IMG/VR virus record: IMGVR_UViG_2698536339_000014
Location: 1-26,988 of that record
Source of the DNA: a virus
Taxonomy: Duplodnaviria > Heunggongvirae > Uroviricota > Caudoviricetes
Length of the DNA: 26,988 nucleotides
Strand: one strand, 5' to 3'
Shown here: one piece after another, positions 1-8,065 of the stretch
Layout of the letters: each line of letters starts with the position of its first letter
How positions within the stretch are numbered: the first letter of the stretch is position 1
Translations under genes and position numbers: made by a program
Notes under the pieces: generated by a model
The model's database searches: none
The model's input: only the letters and a program-made list of their open reading frames with translations
What the model was told of the DNA's origin: nothing

Positions 1-216
1 ATGAGTACGATAGCTGAACTTGTCAGGGCTAATTTTCGTGAAGAGTTGGTGCGTTGGTATCGGTATCGTTCATCGTCCAGTTTGCCGCTTGATGAGTTGT
101 ATGAGCATTCACCTGCTGCACGACGCTATCCGCGTGACCGTGTTCTTCGACGGTTGTCCAAACTCAACAATGAGTTTCAGCGCAACAGAATTATTCGGAG
201 TCTGGATTTAAAGTAA
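1..216 (+). CDS. hypothetical nin-region protein (71 aa); may be the 3' part of a longer gene cut by the window edge
   Basis: ORF begins at the window edge and ends at TAA 214-216; arginine-rich; no family recognised. Confidence 0.35.
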   Translation: MSTIAELVRANFREELVRWYRYRSSSSLPLDELYEHSPAARRYPRDRVLRRLSKLNNEFQRNRIIRSLDLK

Positions 217-226
217 AGGAGTGAGC

Positions 227-382
227 ATGACAAATCAGCAGCAAATAGAGTTCATCCTTGAGCAGATTCGAAAAATGCGAGAAAAGAACCAGCCAGACAT
301 GATGGAACTATGGAGACGGCAGCGGGAAGAATGGCACAGGCATATTTTTGGTGAGAGAAAATGGGATGGATGGAGCCTATAA
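227..382 (+). CDS. small hypothetical protein (51 aa), not in the supplied ORF track
   Basis: ATG at 227 preceded by AAGGAG (216-221); in-frame to TAA 380-382; tightly packed with neighbours. Confidence 0.45.
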   Translation: MTNQQQIEFILEQIRKMREKNQPDMMELWRRQREEWHRHIFGERKWDGWSL

Positions 383-424
383 AATGGCGTGGCGTTTTGT
401 GAGTTGAACTGAGGGTAAGTATCG

Positions 425-697
425 ATGGACGAATCAAGAAAGCAGTTTGAAGAATGGTTTAAAAACAAATATCACGTTTCAAGTGACGTGATGAAGATTA
501 TGCACATCAAGGTCGAGATTGCATGGGAGGCGTGGCAGGCATCGCGAGCAGATATTGAAATAACCGCGCCAAAGTTTATCGACAGCAGAGAAGCATTAGC
601 CAAAGGGTTTACTGTTGATTATTCCAATGGCTTCGGTGATGCAATGGATGCTTATGAGGAAAACATCCGCGCTGCTGGAATCAAAGTGAAGGAGTGA
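425..697 (+). CDS. hypothetical nin-region protein (90 aa)
   Basis: ORF with GAGGG upstream; stop 2 nt before the next start; same-strand compact operon. Confidence 0.55.
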   Translation: MDESRKQFEEWFKNKYHVSSDVMKIMHIKVEIAWEAWQASRADIEITAPKFIDSREALAKGFTVDYSNGFGDAMDAYEENIRAAGIKVKE

Positions 698-699
698 GC

Positions 700-885
700 A
701 TGAGTCGACGAAGTAGCTTTTTGGGGTTTGTAATATTCCTGTCCTGCACTGGTTACATCGTAATCTGGTCAATTTCGAACATTGACCGTGGCGGGGAATA
801 TCTCATTGTAATGTTCTTTCCTTTGTTTCTTGGGTGGTACGCCGCAAGGTTGCTGGAAGAATGGGGTTACAGGCATAAAAAATAA
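700..885 (+). CDS. small hydrophobic (putative membrane) protein, 61 aa
   Basis: ATG 700 with AAGGAG at 688-693; hydrophobic stretch FLGFVIFLSCTGYIVIW; the ORF track start at 694 is a GTG two codons upstream. Confidence 0.5.
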   Translation: MSRRSSFLGFVIFLSCTGYIVIWSISNIDRGGEYLIVMFFPLFLGWYAARLLEEWGYRHKK

Positions 886-896
886 AGGAGTGTTCA

Positions 897-1307
897 GTGA
901 AGCAAACAATCTTCCTCCGAAGTAAGCAACAACAGCAAGCCGCAATCAACGCCATCCTCGCAACACCACTCGATAAAGACAAGCCAGTTACCATCCGCAT
1001 TACTGACTACAAGCGCAACCTTGACCAGAACGCAAAATTTCACGCGATGCTGGCGGATATCGCACGTCAGGTTCAATGGTGCGGAAAATGGTTAAAACCG
1101 GAACAATGGAAGGTTTTGTTGATCAGCGGTCATGCAGTGGCAACAAAACAGGAAGCTGATGTTTTGCCCGGGCTTGAAGGCGAATACGTCAACATTCGCG
1201 AAAGTAGCGCGCAGATGAGTGTGAAGCGTATGGCAAGTCTGATTGAGTACACGACAGCATGGGCTATTGGTCAGGGTGTCAGATTTACCGACAGGAGGTA
1301 CGAATGA
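897..1307 (+). CDS. ninB: NinB-family recombination protein (Orf-like)
   Basis: 136 aa; recalled similarity to lambda NinB over length; GTG start with AAGGAG 8 nt upstream; position ahead of ninE-ninH. Confidence 0.8.
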   Translation: MKQTIFLRSKQQQQAAINAILATPLDKDKPVTIRITDYKRNLDQNAKFHAMLADIARQVQWCGKWLKPEQWKVLLISGHAVATKQEADVLPGLEGEYVNIRESSAQMSVKRMASLIEYTTAWAIGQGVRFTDRRYE

Positions 1308-1480
1308 GACGACAGCGACGAAGTTTCACCGACATAATCTGTGAAAACTGCAAATACCTTCCAACGAAACGCTCCAGAAATAAACGCAAGCCAATCCCAA
1401 AAGAATCTGACGTAAAAACCTTCAATTACACGGCTCACCTGTGGGATATCCGGTGGCTAAGACATCGTGCGAGGAAATGA
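1304..1480 (+). CDS. ninE: NinE-like small protein (58 aa)
   Basis: ATG 1304 overlaps the ninB stop (ATGA); GGAGG upstream; [23 protein letters not shown] matches my recollection of lambda NinE; the ORF track start at 1259 is an upstream extension. Confidence 0.6.
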   Translation: MRRQRRSFTDIICENCKYLPTKRSRNKRKPIPKESDVKTFNYTAHLWDIRWLRHRARK

Positions 1481-1860
1481 CAATGGATTATTCACAGTTA
1501 AGTGATTTTGAAATTAACAAGCGAGTGGCAATCGCAAATGGACTTTTGGTTCAGGGCATTGATGATAGTAAAGCCACTGGAATGACTAGCAAATATCACG
1601 AACTCCGGCCGCACACTGTTTGGGTGAGTGATGGTAAAAACCCATGGGTGCAATATGCACCAACTCTTTGCTGGGAGGATGCTGGACCTGTCATCTTGAA
1701 GAATCGCATCAGTCTTGTTTGGGATTGCGCTGAAGATGGCAGTTCTGAATGGTGGAATTCTGTTGATCAGTTCGATTCTTGCCGAGTTCAGTACCAGTCT
1801 AATCCCCTCCGCGCCGCCATGATTGTCTTCCTCATGATGCAGGACGCCAATAATGCTTAG
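1477..1860 (+). CDS. hypothetical nin-region protein (127 aa)
   Basis: ATG 1477 overlaps the ninE stop; occupies a position where lambda has no gene between ninE and ninF; start could also be 1441 or 1483. Confidence 0.5.
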   Translation: MTMDYSQLSDFEINKRVAIANGLLVQGIDDSKATGMTSKYHELRPHTVWVSDGKNPWVQYAPTLCWEDAGPVILKNRISLVWDCAEDGSSEWWNSVDQFDSCRVQYQSNPLRAAMIVFLMMQDANNA

Positions 1861-2029
1861 CCCATCCCAAACCCTTCAATACCAGAAAGAAAGCGTCGAG
1901 CGGGCTTTAACGTGCGCTAACTGCGGTCAGAAGCTACATGTGCTGGAAGTTCACGTGTGCTCCGATTGCTGCGCAGAACTGATGAGCGATCCGAATAGCT
2001 CAATGTACGAGGAAGAAGACGATGGCTAA
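1853..2029 (+). CDS. ninF: NinF-like small Cys-rich protein (58 aa), not in the supplied ORF track
   Basis: Hand translation [58 protein letters not shown]; CxxC...CxxC-like Cys spacing; overlaps the ninG start. Confidence 0.55.
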   Translation: MLSPSQTLQYQKESVERALTCANCGQKLHVLEVHVCSDCCAELMSDPNSSMYEEEDDG

Positions 2030-2633
2030 ACCAGCGCGAAGACGATGTAAAAACGATGAATGTCGGGAATGGTTTCACCCTGCATTCGCCAATCAGTGGT
2101 GGTGCTCTCCAGAGTGTGGAACCAAGATAGCACTCGAACGACGAAGTAAAGAACGCGAAAAAGCGGAAAAAGCAGCAGAGAAGAAACGACGACGAGAGGA
2201 GCAGAAACAGAAAGATAAACTTAAGATTCGAAAACTCGCCTTAAAGCCCCGCAGTTACTGGATTAAACAAGCCCAACAAGCCGTAAACGCCTTCATCAGA
2301 GAAAGAGACCGCGACTTACCATGTATCTCGTGCGGAACGCTCACGTCTGCTCAGTGGGATGCCGGACATTACCGGACAACTGCTGCGGCACCTCAACTCC
2401 GATTTGATGAACGCAATATTCACAAGCAATGCGTGGTGTGCAACCAGCACAAAAGCGGAAATCTCGTTCCGTATCGCGTCGAACTGATTAATCGCATCGG
2501 GCAGGAAGCAGTAGACGAAATCGAATCAAACCATAACCGCCATCGCTGGACTGTCGAAGAGTGCAGGGCCATCAAGGCGGAGTATCAGCAGAAACTCAAA
2601 GACCTGCGAAATAGCAGAAGTGAGGCCGCATGA
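2022..2633 (+). CDS. ninG: NinG (Rap-like) recombination protein
   Basis: 203 aa; N-terminal Cys cluster, basic KR-rich coiled segment and C-terminal HNH-like motif typical of NinG; synteny. Confidence 0.8.
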   Translation: MAKPARRRCKNDECREWFHPAFANQWWCSPECGTKIALERRSKEREKAEKAAEKKRRREEQKQKDKLKIRKLALKPRSYWIKQAQQAVNAFIRERDRDLPCISCGTLTSAQWDAGHYRTTAAAPQLRFDERNIHKQCVVCNQHKSGNLVPYRVELINRIGQEAVDEIESNHNRHRWTVEECRAIKAEYQQKLKDLRNSRSEAA

Positions 2634-2836
2634 CGTTCTCAGTAAAAACCATTCCAGACATGCTCGTTGAAGCATACGGAAACCAGACAGAAGTAGCACG
2701 CAGACTGAAATGTAGTCGCGGTACGGTCAGAAAATACGTTGATGATAAAGACGGGAAAATGCACGCCATCGTCAACGACGTTCTCATGGTTCATCGCGGA
2801 TGGAGTGAAAGAGATGCGCTATTACGAAAAAATTGA
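2630..2836 (+). CDS. ninH: NinH
   Basis: 68 aa matching my recollection of lambda NinH ([37 protein letters not shown]...); start overlaps the ninG stop. Confidence 0.8.
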   Translation: MTFSVKTIPDMLVEAYGNQTEVARRLKCSRGTVRKYVDDKDGKMHAIVNDVLMVHRGWSERDALLRKN

Positions 2837-3479
2837 TGGCAGCAAATACCGAAATATTTGGGTAGTTGGCGATCTGCACGGATGCTACACGAACCTGATG
2901 AAAAAACTGGAGACGATAGGATTCGACACCAAAAAAGACCTGCTTATCTCGGTTGGCGATTTGGTCGATCGCGGTACAGAGAACGTCGAATGCCTGGAAT
3001 TAATCACATTCCCCTGGTTCAGAGCTGTACGTGGAAGCCATGAGCAAATGATGATTGATGGCTTATCAGAGCGCGGAAACGTCAATCACTGGATGCTTAA
3101 TGGCGGTGGCTGGTTCTTTAATCTCGATTACGACAAAGAAATTCTGGCTAAAGCTCTTGCCCATAAAGCAGATGAACTTCCGTTAATCATCGAACTGGTG
3201 AGCAAAGATAAAAAATATGTCATCTGCCACGCCGATTATCCTTGTGACGAATACGAGTTTGGAAAGCCAGTTGATCATCAGCAGGTAATCTGGAACCGCG
3301 AACGAATCAGCAACTCACAAGACGGGATCGTGAAAGAAATCAAAGGCGCGGACACGTTCATCTTTGGTCATACGCCAGCAGTGAAACCACTCAAGTTTGC
3401 CAACCAGATGTATATCGATACCGGCGCAGTGTTCTGCGGAAACCTCACATTGATTCAAGTACAGGGAGAAGGCGCATGA
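2814..3479 (+). CDS. Ser/Thr protein phosphatase (lambda PPase / NinI-like, calcineurin-like metallophosphatase)
   Basis: 221 aa from ATG 2814 ([28 protein letters not shown]...); GDLHG and GDLVDRG metallophosphatase motifs; the ORF track start at 2739 is an in-frame extension overlapping ninH. Confidence 0.9.
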   Translation: MRYYEKIDGSKYRNIWVVGDLHGCYTNLMKKLETIGFDTKKDLLISVGDLVDRGTENVECLELITFPWFRAVRGSHEQMMIDGLSERGNVNHWMLNGGGWFFNLDYDKEILAKALAHKADELPLIIELVSKDKKYVICHADYPCDEYEFGKPVDHQQVIWNRERISNSQDGIVKEIKGADTFIFGHTPAVKPLKFANQMYIDTGAVFCGNLTLIQVQGEGA

Positions 3480-4099
3480 GACTCGAAAGCGTGGCTAAAT
3501 TTCATTCGCCAAAAAGCCCGATGATGAGTGACTCACCACGGGCCACGGCTTCTGACTCTCTTTCTGGTACTGATGTGATGGCTGCTATGGGGATGGCGCA
3601 ATCACAAGCCGGATTCGGAATGGCTGCATTCTGCGGTAAGCATGAACTCAGCCAGAACGACAAACAAAAGGCTATCAACTATCTGATGCAATTTGCACAC
3701 AAGGTATCGGGGAAATACCGTGGTGTGGCAAAGCTTGAAGGAAATACTAAGGCAAAGGTACTGCAAGTGCTTGCAACATTCGCTTATGCGGATTATTGCC
3801 GTAGTGCCGCGACGCCGGGCGCAAGATGCAGAGATTGTCACGGTACAGGCCGTGCGGTTGATATAGCAAAAACAGAGCAGTGGGGGAGAGTTGTTGAGAA
3901 AGAATGCGGAAGATGCAAAGGCGTCGGCTATTCAAGGATGCCAGCAAGCGCCGCATATCGCGCTGTAACGATGCTAATCCCAAATCTTACTCAACCCACC
4001 TGGTCACGCACTGTTAAGCCGCTGTATGACGCTCTGGTGGTGCAATGCCACAAAGAAGAGTCAATCGCAGACAACATTTTGAATGCGGTCACACGTTAG
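3476..4099 (+). CDS. Q: late-gene antiterminator Q (lambda Q family)
   Basis: 207 aa; CRDCHGTG...CGRCKG zinc-binding motif; lies directly upstream of a pR'-like promoter and terminator. Confidence 0.9.
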   Translation: MRLESVAKFHSPKSPMMSDSPRATASDSLSGTDVMAAMGMAQSQAGFGMAAFCGKHELSQNDKQKAINYLMQFAHKVSGKYRGVAKLEGNTKAKVLQVLATFAYADYCRSAATPGARCRDCHGTGRAVDIAKTEQWGRVVEKECGRCKGVGYSRMPASAAYRAVTMLIPNLTQPTWSRTVKPLYDALVVQCHKEESIADNILNAVTR

Positions 4100-4141
4100 C
4101 AGCATGATTGCCACGGATGGCAACATATTAACGGCATGATA

Positions 4142-4170
4142 TTGACTTTTTGAATAAAGTTGGGTAAATT
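4142..4170 (+). promoter_or_regulatory. late promoter pR'-like (-35 TTGACT 4142-4147, 17-bp spacer, -10 TAAATT 4165-4170), with the qut region expected to overlap
   Basis: Consensus-like sigma70 hexamers with 17-bp spacing immediately downstream of Q, as in lambda. Confidence 0.6.
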
Positions 4171-4205
4171 TGACTCAACGATGGATAAATGCACTCGTTA
4201 AATAA

Positions 4206-4234
4206 AGCCCTGAGTTAATAGCTCGGGGCTTTTT
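4206..4234 (+). terminator. tR'-like intrinsic terminator ending a short leader RNA (lambda 6S RNA analogue)
   Basis: 8-bp stem (4207-4214 / 4222-4229, one G-U pair), 7-nt loop, T5 tract 4230-4234, about 50 nt downstream of the predicted start. Confidence 0.55.
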
Positions 4235-4532
4235 GCGTTTTAAGCACGGCCTTTCTGAAAGCACATCAAACCAAATACCAGACAGACCAAAATAATCACC
4301 TTATCCGCTGTGGCTACGGTGCGGTGTGCTTTGCATAAAAGAAAACCAGCTCAATGGCTGGCTTCGTGAAATCGGGTGGCAGGAGGTTGCGCTAACAACC
4401 TCATGCCGTTTTGCCCGTGCATATCGGTCACGAACAAATCTGATTACTAAACACAGTAGCCTGGATTTGTTCTATCAGTAATCGACCTTATTCCTAATTA
4501 AATAGAGCAAATCCCCTTATTGGGGGTAAGAC

Positions 4533-4856
4533 ATGAAGATGCCAGAAAAACATGACCTGTTAGCCGCCATTCTCGCGGCAAAGGAACAAGGCATCGGGGC
4601 AATCCTTGCGTTTGCAATGGCGTACCTTCGCGGCAGATATAATGGCGGTGCGTTTACAAAAACAGTAATCGACGCAACGATGTGCGCCATTATCGCCTGG
4701 TTCATTCGTGACCTTCTCGACTTCGCCGGACTAAGTAGCAATCTCGCTTATATAACGAGCGTGTTCATCGGCTACATCGGTACTGACTCGATTGGTTCGC
4801 TTATCAAACGCTTCGCTGCTAAAAAAGCCGGAGTAGAAGATGGTGGAAATCAATAA
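4533..4856 (+). CDS. S: holin S (lambda class I holin, dual-start MKM motif)
   Basis: 107 aa; [20 protein letters not shown]... with three hydrophobic segments; first gene of the lysis cassette. Confidence 0.9.
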   Translation: MKMPEKHDLLAAILAAKEQGIGAILAFAMAYLRGRYNGGAFTKTVIDATMCAIIAWFIRDLLDFAGLSSNLAYITSVFIGYIGTDSIGSLIKRFAAKKAGVEDGGNQ

Positions 4857-5316
4857 TCAACGTAAGGCGTTCCTCGATATGCTGGCGTGGTCAGAGGGAA
4901 CTGATAACGGACGGCAGAAAACCAGAAATCATGGTTATGACGTCATTGTAGGCGGAGAGCTATTCACTGATTACTCAGATCACCCTCGCAAACTTGTCAC
5001 GCTAAACCCCAAACTCAAATCAACAGCAGCCGGACGTTACCAGCTTCTTTCCCGTTGGTGGGATGTCTATCGTAAGCAGCTTGGCCTGAAAGACTTCTCT
5101 CCCAAAAGCCAGGACGCTGTGGCATTGCAGCAGATTAAAGAGCGTGGCGCTTTACCGATGATTGATCGCGGTGATATTCGTCAGGCTATCGACCGTTGCA
5201 GCAATATCTGGGCTTCACTGCCGGGCGCTGGTTATGGTCAGTTCGAGCATAAGGCTGACAGCCTGATTGCAAAATTCAAAGAAGCTGGAGGAACGGTCAG
5301 AGAGATTGAGGTATGA
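4840..5316 (+). CDS. R: endolysin R (lambda-type lytic transglycosylase)
   Basis: 158 aa; [21 protein letters not shown] with the catalytic Glu context; overlaps S and Rz. Confidence 0.9.
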   Translation: MVEINNQRKAFLDMLAWSEGTDNGRQKTRNHGYDVIVGGELFTDYSDHPRKLVTLNPKLKSTAAGRYQLLSRWWDVYRKQLGLKDFSPKSQDAVALQQIKERGALPMIDRGDIRQAIDRCSNIWASLPGAGYGQFEHKADSLIAKFKEAGGTVREIEV

Positions 5317-5750
5317 GCAGAGTAACCGCGATTATCTCCGCTCTGATTATCTGCATCATCGTCTGTCTGTCATGGGCTGTTAATCATTACCGTGATAACG
5401 CCATCGCCTACAAAGACCAGCGCGATAAAGCCACATCCATCATCGCTGATATGCAGAAGCGTCAACGTGATGTAGCTGAACTCGATGCCAGATACACAAA
5501 GGAGCTTGCTGATGCTAACGCGACTATCGAAAGTCTCCGCGCTGATGTTTCTGCTGGGCGTAAGCGCCTGCAGGTCGCCGCCACCTGTGCAAAGTCAACG
5601 ACCGGAGCCAGCGGCATGGGCGATGGAGAAAGCCCAAGACTTACAGCAGATGCTGAACTCAATTATTACCGTCTCCGAAGTGGAATCGACAGGATAACCG
5701 CGCAGGTTAACTACCTGCAGGAGTACATCAGGACGCAATGCCTTCGATGA
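5313..5750 (+). CDS. Rz: i-spanin Rz
   Basis: 145 aa; N-terminal TM segment then coiled-coil periplasmic domain; ATGA overlap with R. Confidence 0.85.
   Translation: MSRVTAIISALIICIIVCLSWAVNHYRDNAIAYKDQRDKATSIIADMQKRQRDVAELDARYTKELADANATIESLRADVSAGRKRLQVAATCAKSTTGASGMGDGESPRLTADAELNYYRLRSGIDRITAQVNYLQEYIRTQCLR
5512..5697 (+). CDS. Rz1: o-spanin Rz1 (lipoprotein), embedded in the +1 frame of Rz
   Basis: [20 protein letters not shown]: signal peptide with lipobox-like VSAC, then a Pro-rich mature part; GGAG upstream; the ORF track start at 5485 is an extension. Confidence 0.7.
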   Translation: MLTRLSKVSALMFLLGVSACRSPPPVQSQRPEPAAWAMEKAQDLQQMLNSIITVSEVESTG

Positions 5751-5925
5751 TAGCGATAATTTTACTCATCATCCTTCACATCTGGCTCTGTAGACAGGGT
5801 GGTGATCACTTCTGGAGTGAATCCAGATTAAACATCTCATTGCTGATGCTTGATATTGAGCATCTGGCGCGCAGTAAGGGGCTGCGTTGAGATAAGAGCC
5901 AGTTCATTACAAATACCAGGATTTA

Positions 5926-5949
5926 GCCTCGCATTTGCGGGGCTTTTTT
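5926..5949 (+). terminator. intrinsic terminator downstream of the lysis cassette
   Basis: GCCTCGC-ATTT-GCGGGGC hairpin followed by T6 (5944-5949). Confidence 0.5.
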
Positions 5950-6093
5950 ATATCTGAATTTCACAGCGCATCTCACGCGCATATTAACGAGAGCCTTTCA
6001 GTAAGCGAGCCTGAGAAATGCCGTTATAGGTGGCGACCTCTCTCGGGCGGCTTTTCTGTGAGACAGGCTCACTTTCTAAAAGGTAAAGACGCT

Positions 6094-6618
6094 ATGAATA
6101 ATCATTCAGTTATTCCAGCCTTCGACTTCCGAGAAATGGTGCAAGCCAAAAACGGAGAGGTCGTTACCACATCCAGAAAAATTGCCAAGTACTTCGGCAA
6201 GCGACACGGTGATGTTCTCAGGAAAATCGAGCAGGTTAAGGCTGATTGCTCGCGTGAGTTTAGCCAACGCAATTTTGCGTCGGCTGATTATATCGATGAA
6301 CAGGGCAAGGTTCGCCCGATGTACAGCCTGACGAAAGATGGCTGGATCATGGTTGTAATGGGGTTCACCGGGAAAGCTGCTGCAGCAATCAAGGAGAGCT
6401 ATATAGCAGCATTCAATTGGATGGCAGAGCAACTGAGCCGCCGCATGGCAATTGGCGAAGAAATGCAGCACCGCTACGCCATCAAAGAAACACGCTCAAA
6501 GCTGAAAGGTACGATCGGCAGTCGATTAATGAACGAACGGAAGAAAGAGAAGCGTGTCCTGGCTGTCGAGCATGAATACATCTTGCAGGTGACACAGCCT
6601 GAACTGCTGATTAATTGA
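6094..6618 (+). CDS. rha: Rha-family phage regulatory protein (P22 orf201-like position)
   Basis: 174 aa from ATG 6094; KIAKYFGKRHGDVLRKI motif typical of the Rha domain; the ORF track start at 5935 runs through the upstream terminator and is rejected. Confidence 0.7.
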   Translation: MNNHSVIPAFDFREMVQAKNGEVVTTSRKIAKYFGKRHGDVLRKIEQVKADCSREFSQRNFASADYIDEQGKVRPMYSLTKDGWIMVVMGFTGKAAAAIKESYIAAFNWMAEQLSRRMAIGEEMQHRYAIKETRSKLKGTIGSRLMNERKKEKRVLAVEHEYILQVTQPELLIN

Positions 6619-6657
6619 AGATGTCATTACAAAGCCTATCTACGGGTGGGCTTGATA

Positions 6658-6750
6658 ATGAAACCGGAATTTATTCTGGGTAACCAGTTACGGCAGTACC
6701 GCGAAACAACCCAAGCCAGTAAGTGGGGAAATAACACTGGCAGCCACTGA
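6658..6750 (+). pseudogene. possible remnant of an XRE-family HTH regulator (30-codon ORF)
   Basis: MKPEFILGNQLRQYRETTQAS resembles the N-terminus of Cro/CI-type HTH proteins but stops at TGA 6748-6750. Confidence 0.2.
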
Positions 6751-6909
6751 AAGATGAACCTCCTGCCTTATGGCAAAAAAGATTCTTTGTGGTGGCGGAC
6801 TGATGGAAAGACATCGGATAGAATAAAACAGTGGCTAGGGTAGCTCCCGAAAAGCGGAATCGTCACCGCCAGCCACTGAATCTATGACGAACAACTAGAC
6901 GAGGTTGAT

Positions 6910-7152
6910 ATGAGTGAAATTGATAAAATAATAAATGGTACATGTAACTTTCAATCAATGCCGCCAGGTAGTTATGTAAAACAATGTAGTGAAATAGTTA
7001 ATGGTCAGCTTGTAATGTCAAATGCAGGACGCGGAGTTTCTACGGATGAAAAAAAATCAATAAATGAAGCCCTGTTAAGCATCAATGTTTTTGACTTGTT
7101 TCGCCCATCTTGGGTTATCTTGCAAAATAGTAACCAATTCCCACATTATTGA
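6910..7152 (+). CDS. hypothetical protein (80 aa) encoded by an AT-rich moron
   Basis: GAGGT upstream; markedly AT-rich codon usage compared with flanking genes; followed by a weak hairpin plus T-tract. Confidence 0.5.
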   Translation: MSEIDKIINGTCNFQSMPPGSYVKQCSEIVNGQLVMSNAGRGVSTDEKKSINEALLSINVFDLFRPSWVILQNSNQFPHY

Positions 7153-7169
7153 TAATTAATTATTAAATT

Positions 7170-7191
7170 GGTCGCTAAGTCGGCCTTTTTT
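7170..7191 (+). terminator. weak candidate terminator after the moron ORF
   Basis: GGTCG-CTAAGT-CGGCC hairpin (one G-U) followed by T6. Confidence 0.3.
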
Positions 7192-7298
7192 ATTGCCATC
7201 ACAAAAGCCATTCCCTACAGAGTGGCTTTGATAATGGCTTATACCCTACACGGGATAACTTAACTGATATCCCTTTTAACGGATAAATGGAGCCAACA

Positions 7299-7541
7299 AT
7301 GGCAGAGATTATTCCCATGACTGAAGAACAGAAATTCCAGTTAGAGATTTACAAACTGGTCATGAACCAGAACGCAGCCGCAGAGGAAGCATTTCAGTTC
7401 ATTGGCACTGACGAGCTGAAGCTTGAGCTATTCAAAATTCACTTCCAGTCAGGCGGCGCTAATTCGGATATCACGATCCGCACATTTGAAGCGGTGCGTA
7501 AATCTAAGGAAGCGTTAGACCTGTTCACTACCGGAGCATGA
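7299..7541 (+). CDS. hypothetical protein (80 aa), position of P22 orf80 upstream of the small terminase
   Basis: ATG 7299 with GGAG 6 nt upstream; the ORF track start at 7287 is an alternative. Confidence 0.5.
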   Translation: MAEIIPMTEEQKFQLEIYKLVMNQNAAAEEAFQFIGTDELKLELFKIHFQSGGANSDITIRTFEAVRKSKEALDLFTTGA

Positions 7542-7576
7542 TGCTCAACCTGAAATAACAACTAAGTGAGATGAAT

Positions 7577-8065
7577 ATGGCAGCACCAAAGGGCAACCGA
7601 TTTTGGGAGGCCCGCAGTAGTCATGGGCGAAATCCTAAATTCGAATCGCCTGATGCGCTGTGGGCTGCTTGTTGTGAATACTTCGAGTGGGCTGATGATA
7701 ACCCGCTATGGGAGGGTAAGGTATTTTCATATCAGGGAGAAATAATTAAGGCTAATGTCCCTAAGATGCGAGCCATGACTATTTCAGGATTGTGTACCTT
7801 CCTTGATATCACCAGGCAAACATGGGGAACCTTCCGGTCAATGGAAGGTTTTTCTGACGTCACATCACGAGCGGAAGACATCATCTACGACCAGAAATTC
7901 TCTGGCGCAGCCGCTGACCTTCTCAACGCTAACATCATCGCCCGTGATTTGGGCCTCAAAGAGCAGTCGCAAGTTGAAGACGTGACACCTGATAAGGGAG
8001 ATCGCGATAAGCGACGCTCTCGTATCAAGGAGCTATTCAACCGTGGAACTGGACGCGATTCTTGA
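7577..8065 (+). CDS. terS: terminase small subunit (P22 gp3-like)
   Basis: [25 protein letters not shown]... and the C-terminal [25 protein letters not shown] match my recollection of P22 gp3; alternative start 7571. Confidence 0.85.
   Translation: MAAPKGNRFWEARSSHGRNPKFESPDALWAACCEYFEWADDNPLWEGKVFSYQGEIIKANVPKMRAMTISGLCTFLDITRQTWGTFRSMEGFSDVTSRAEDIIYDQKFSGAAADLLNANIIARDLGLKEQSQVEDVTPDKGDRDKRRSRIKELFNRGTGRDS

Noticed and set aside
2739-2813. Upstream extension of the phosphatase ORF
   Set aside because: It overlaps the ninH coding sequence; the conserved phosphatase N-terminus starts at ATG 2814.
5935-6093. Upstream extension of the rha ORF (track start 5935)
   Set aside because: It begins inside the terminator hairpin and T-tract at 5926-5949 and has no ribosome-binding site; ATG 6094 has a better context and gives a typical Rha-family length.
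5751-6093. Possible tRNA gene in the lysis-rha interval
   Set aside because: No cloverleaf-compatible pairing and no GTTCGAATC-type T-arm found on either strand.
6753-6840. 29-codon ORF (MNLLPYGKKDSLWWRTDGKTSDRIKQWLG) in the rha-moron gap
   Set aside because: No convincing ribosome-binding site and it overlaps the AGCCACTG motif region; more likely non-coding. Kept only as part of the structured-interval finding.
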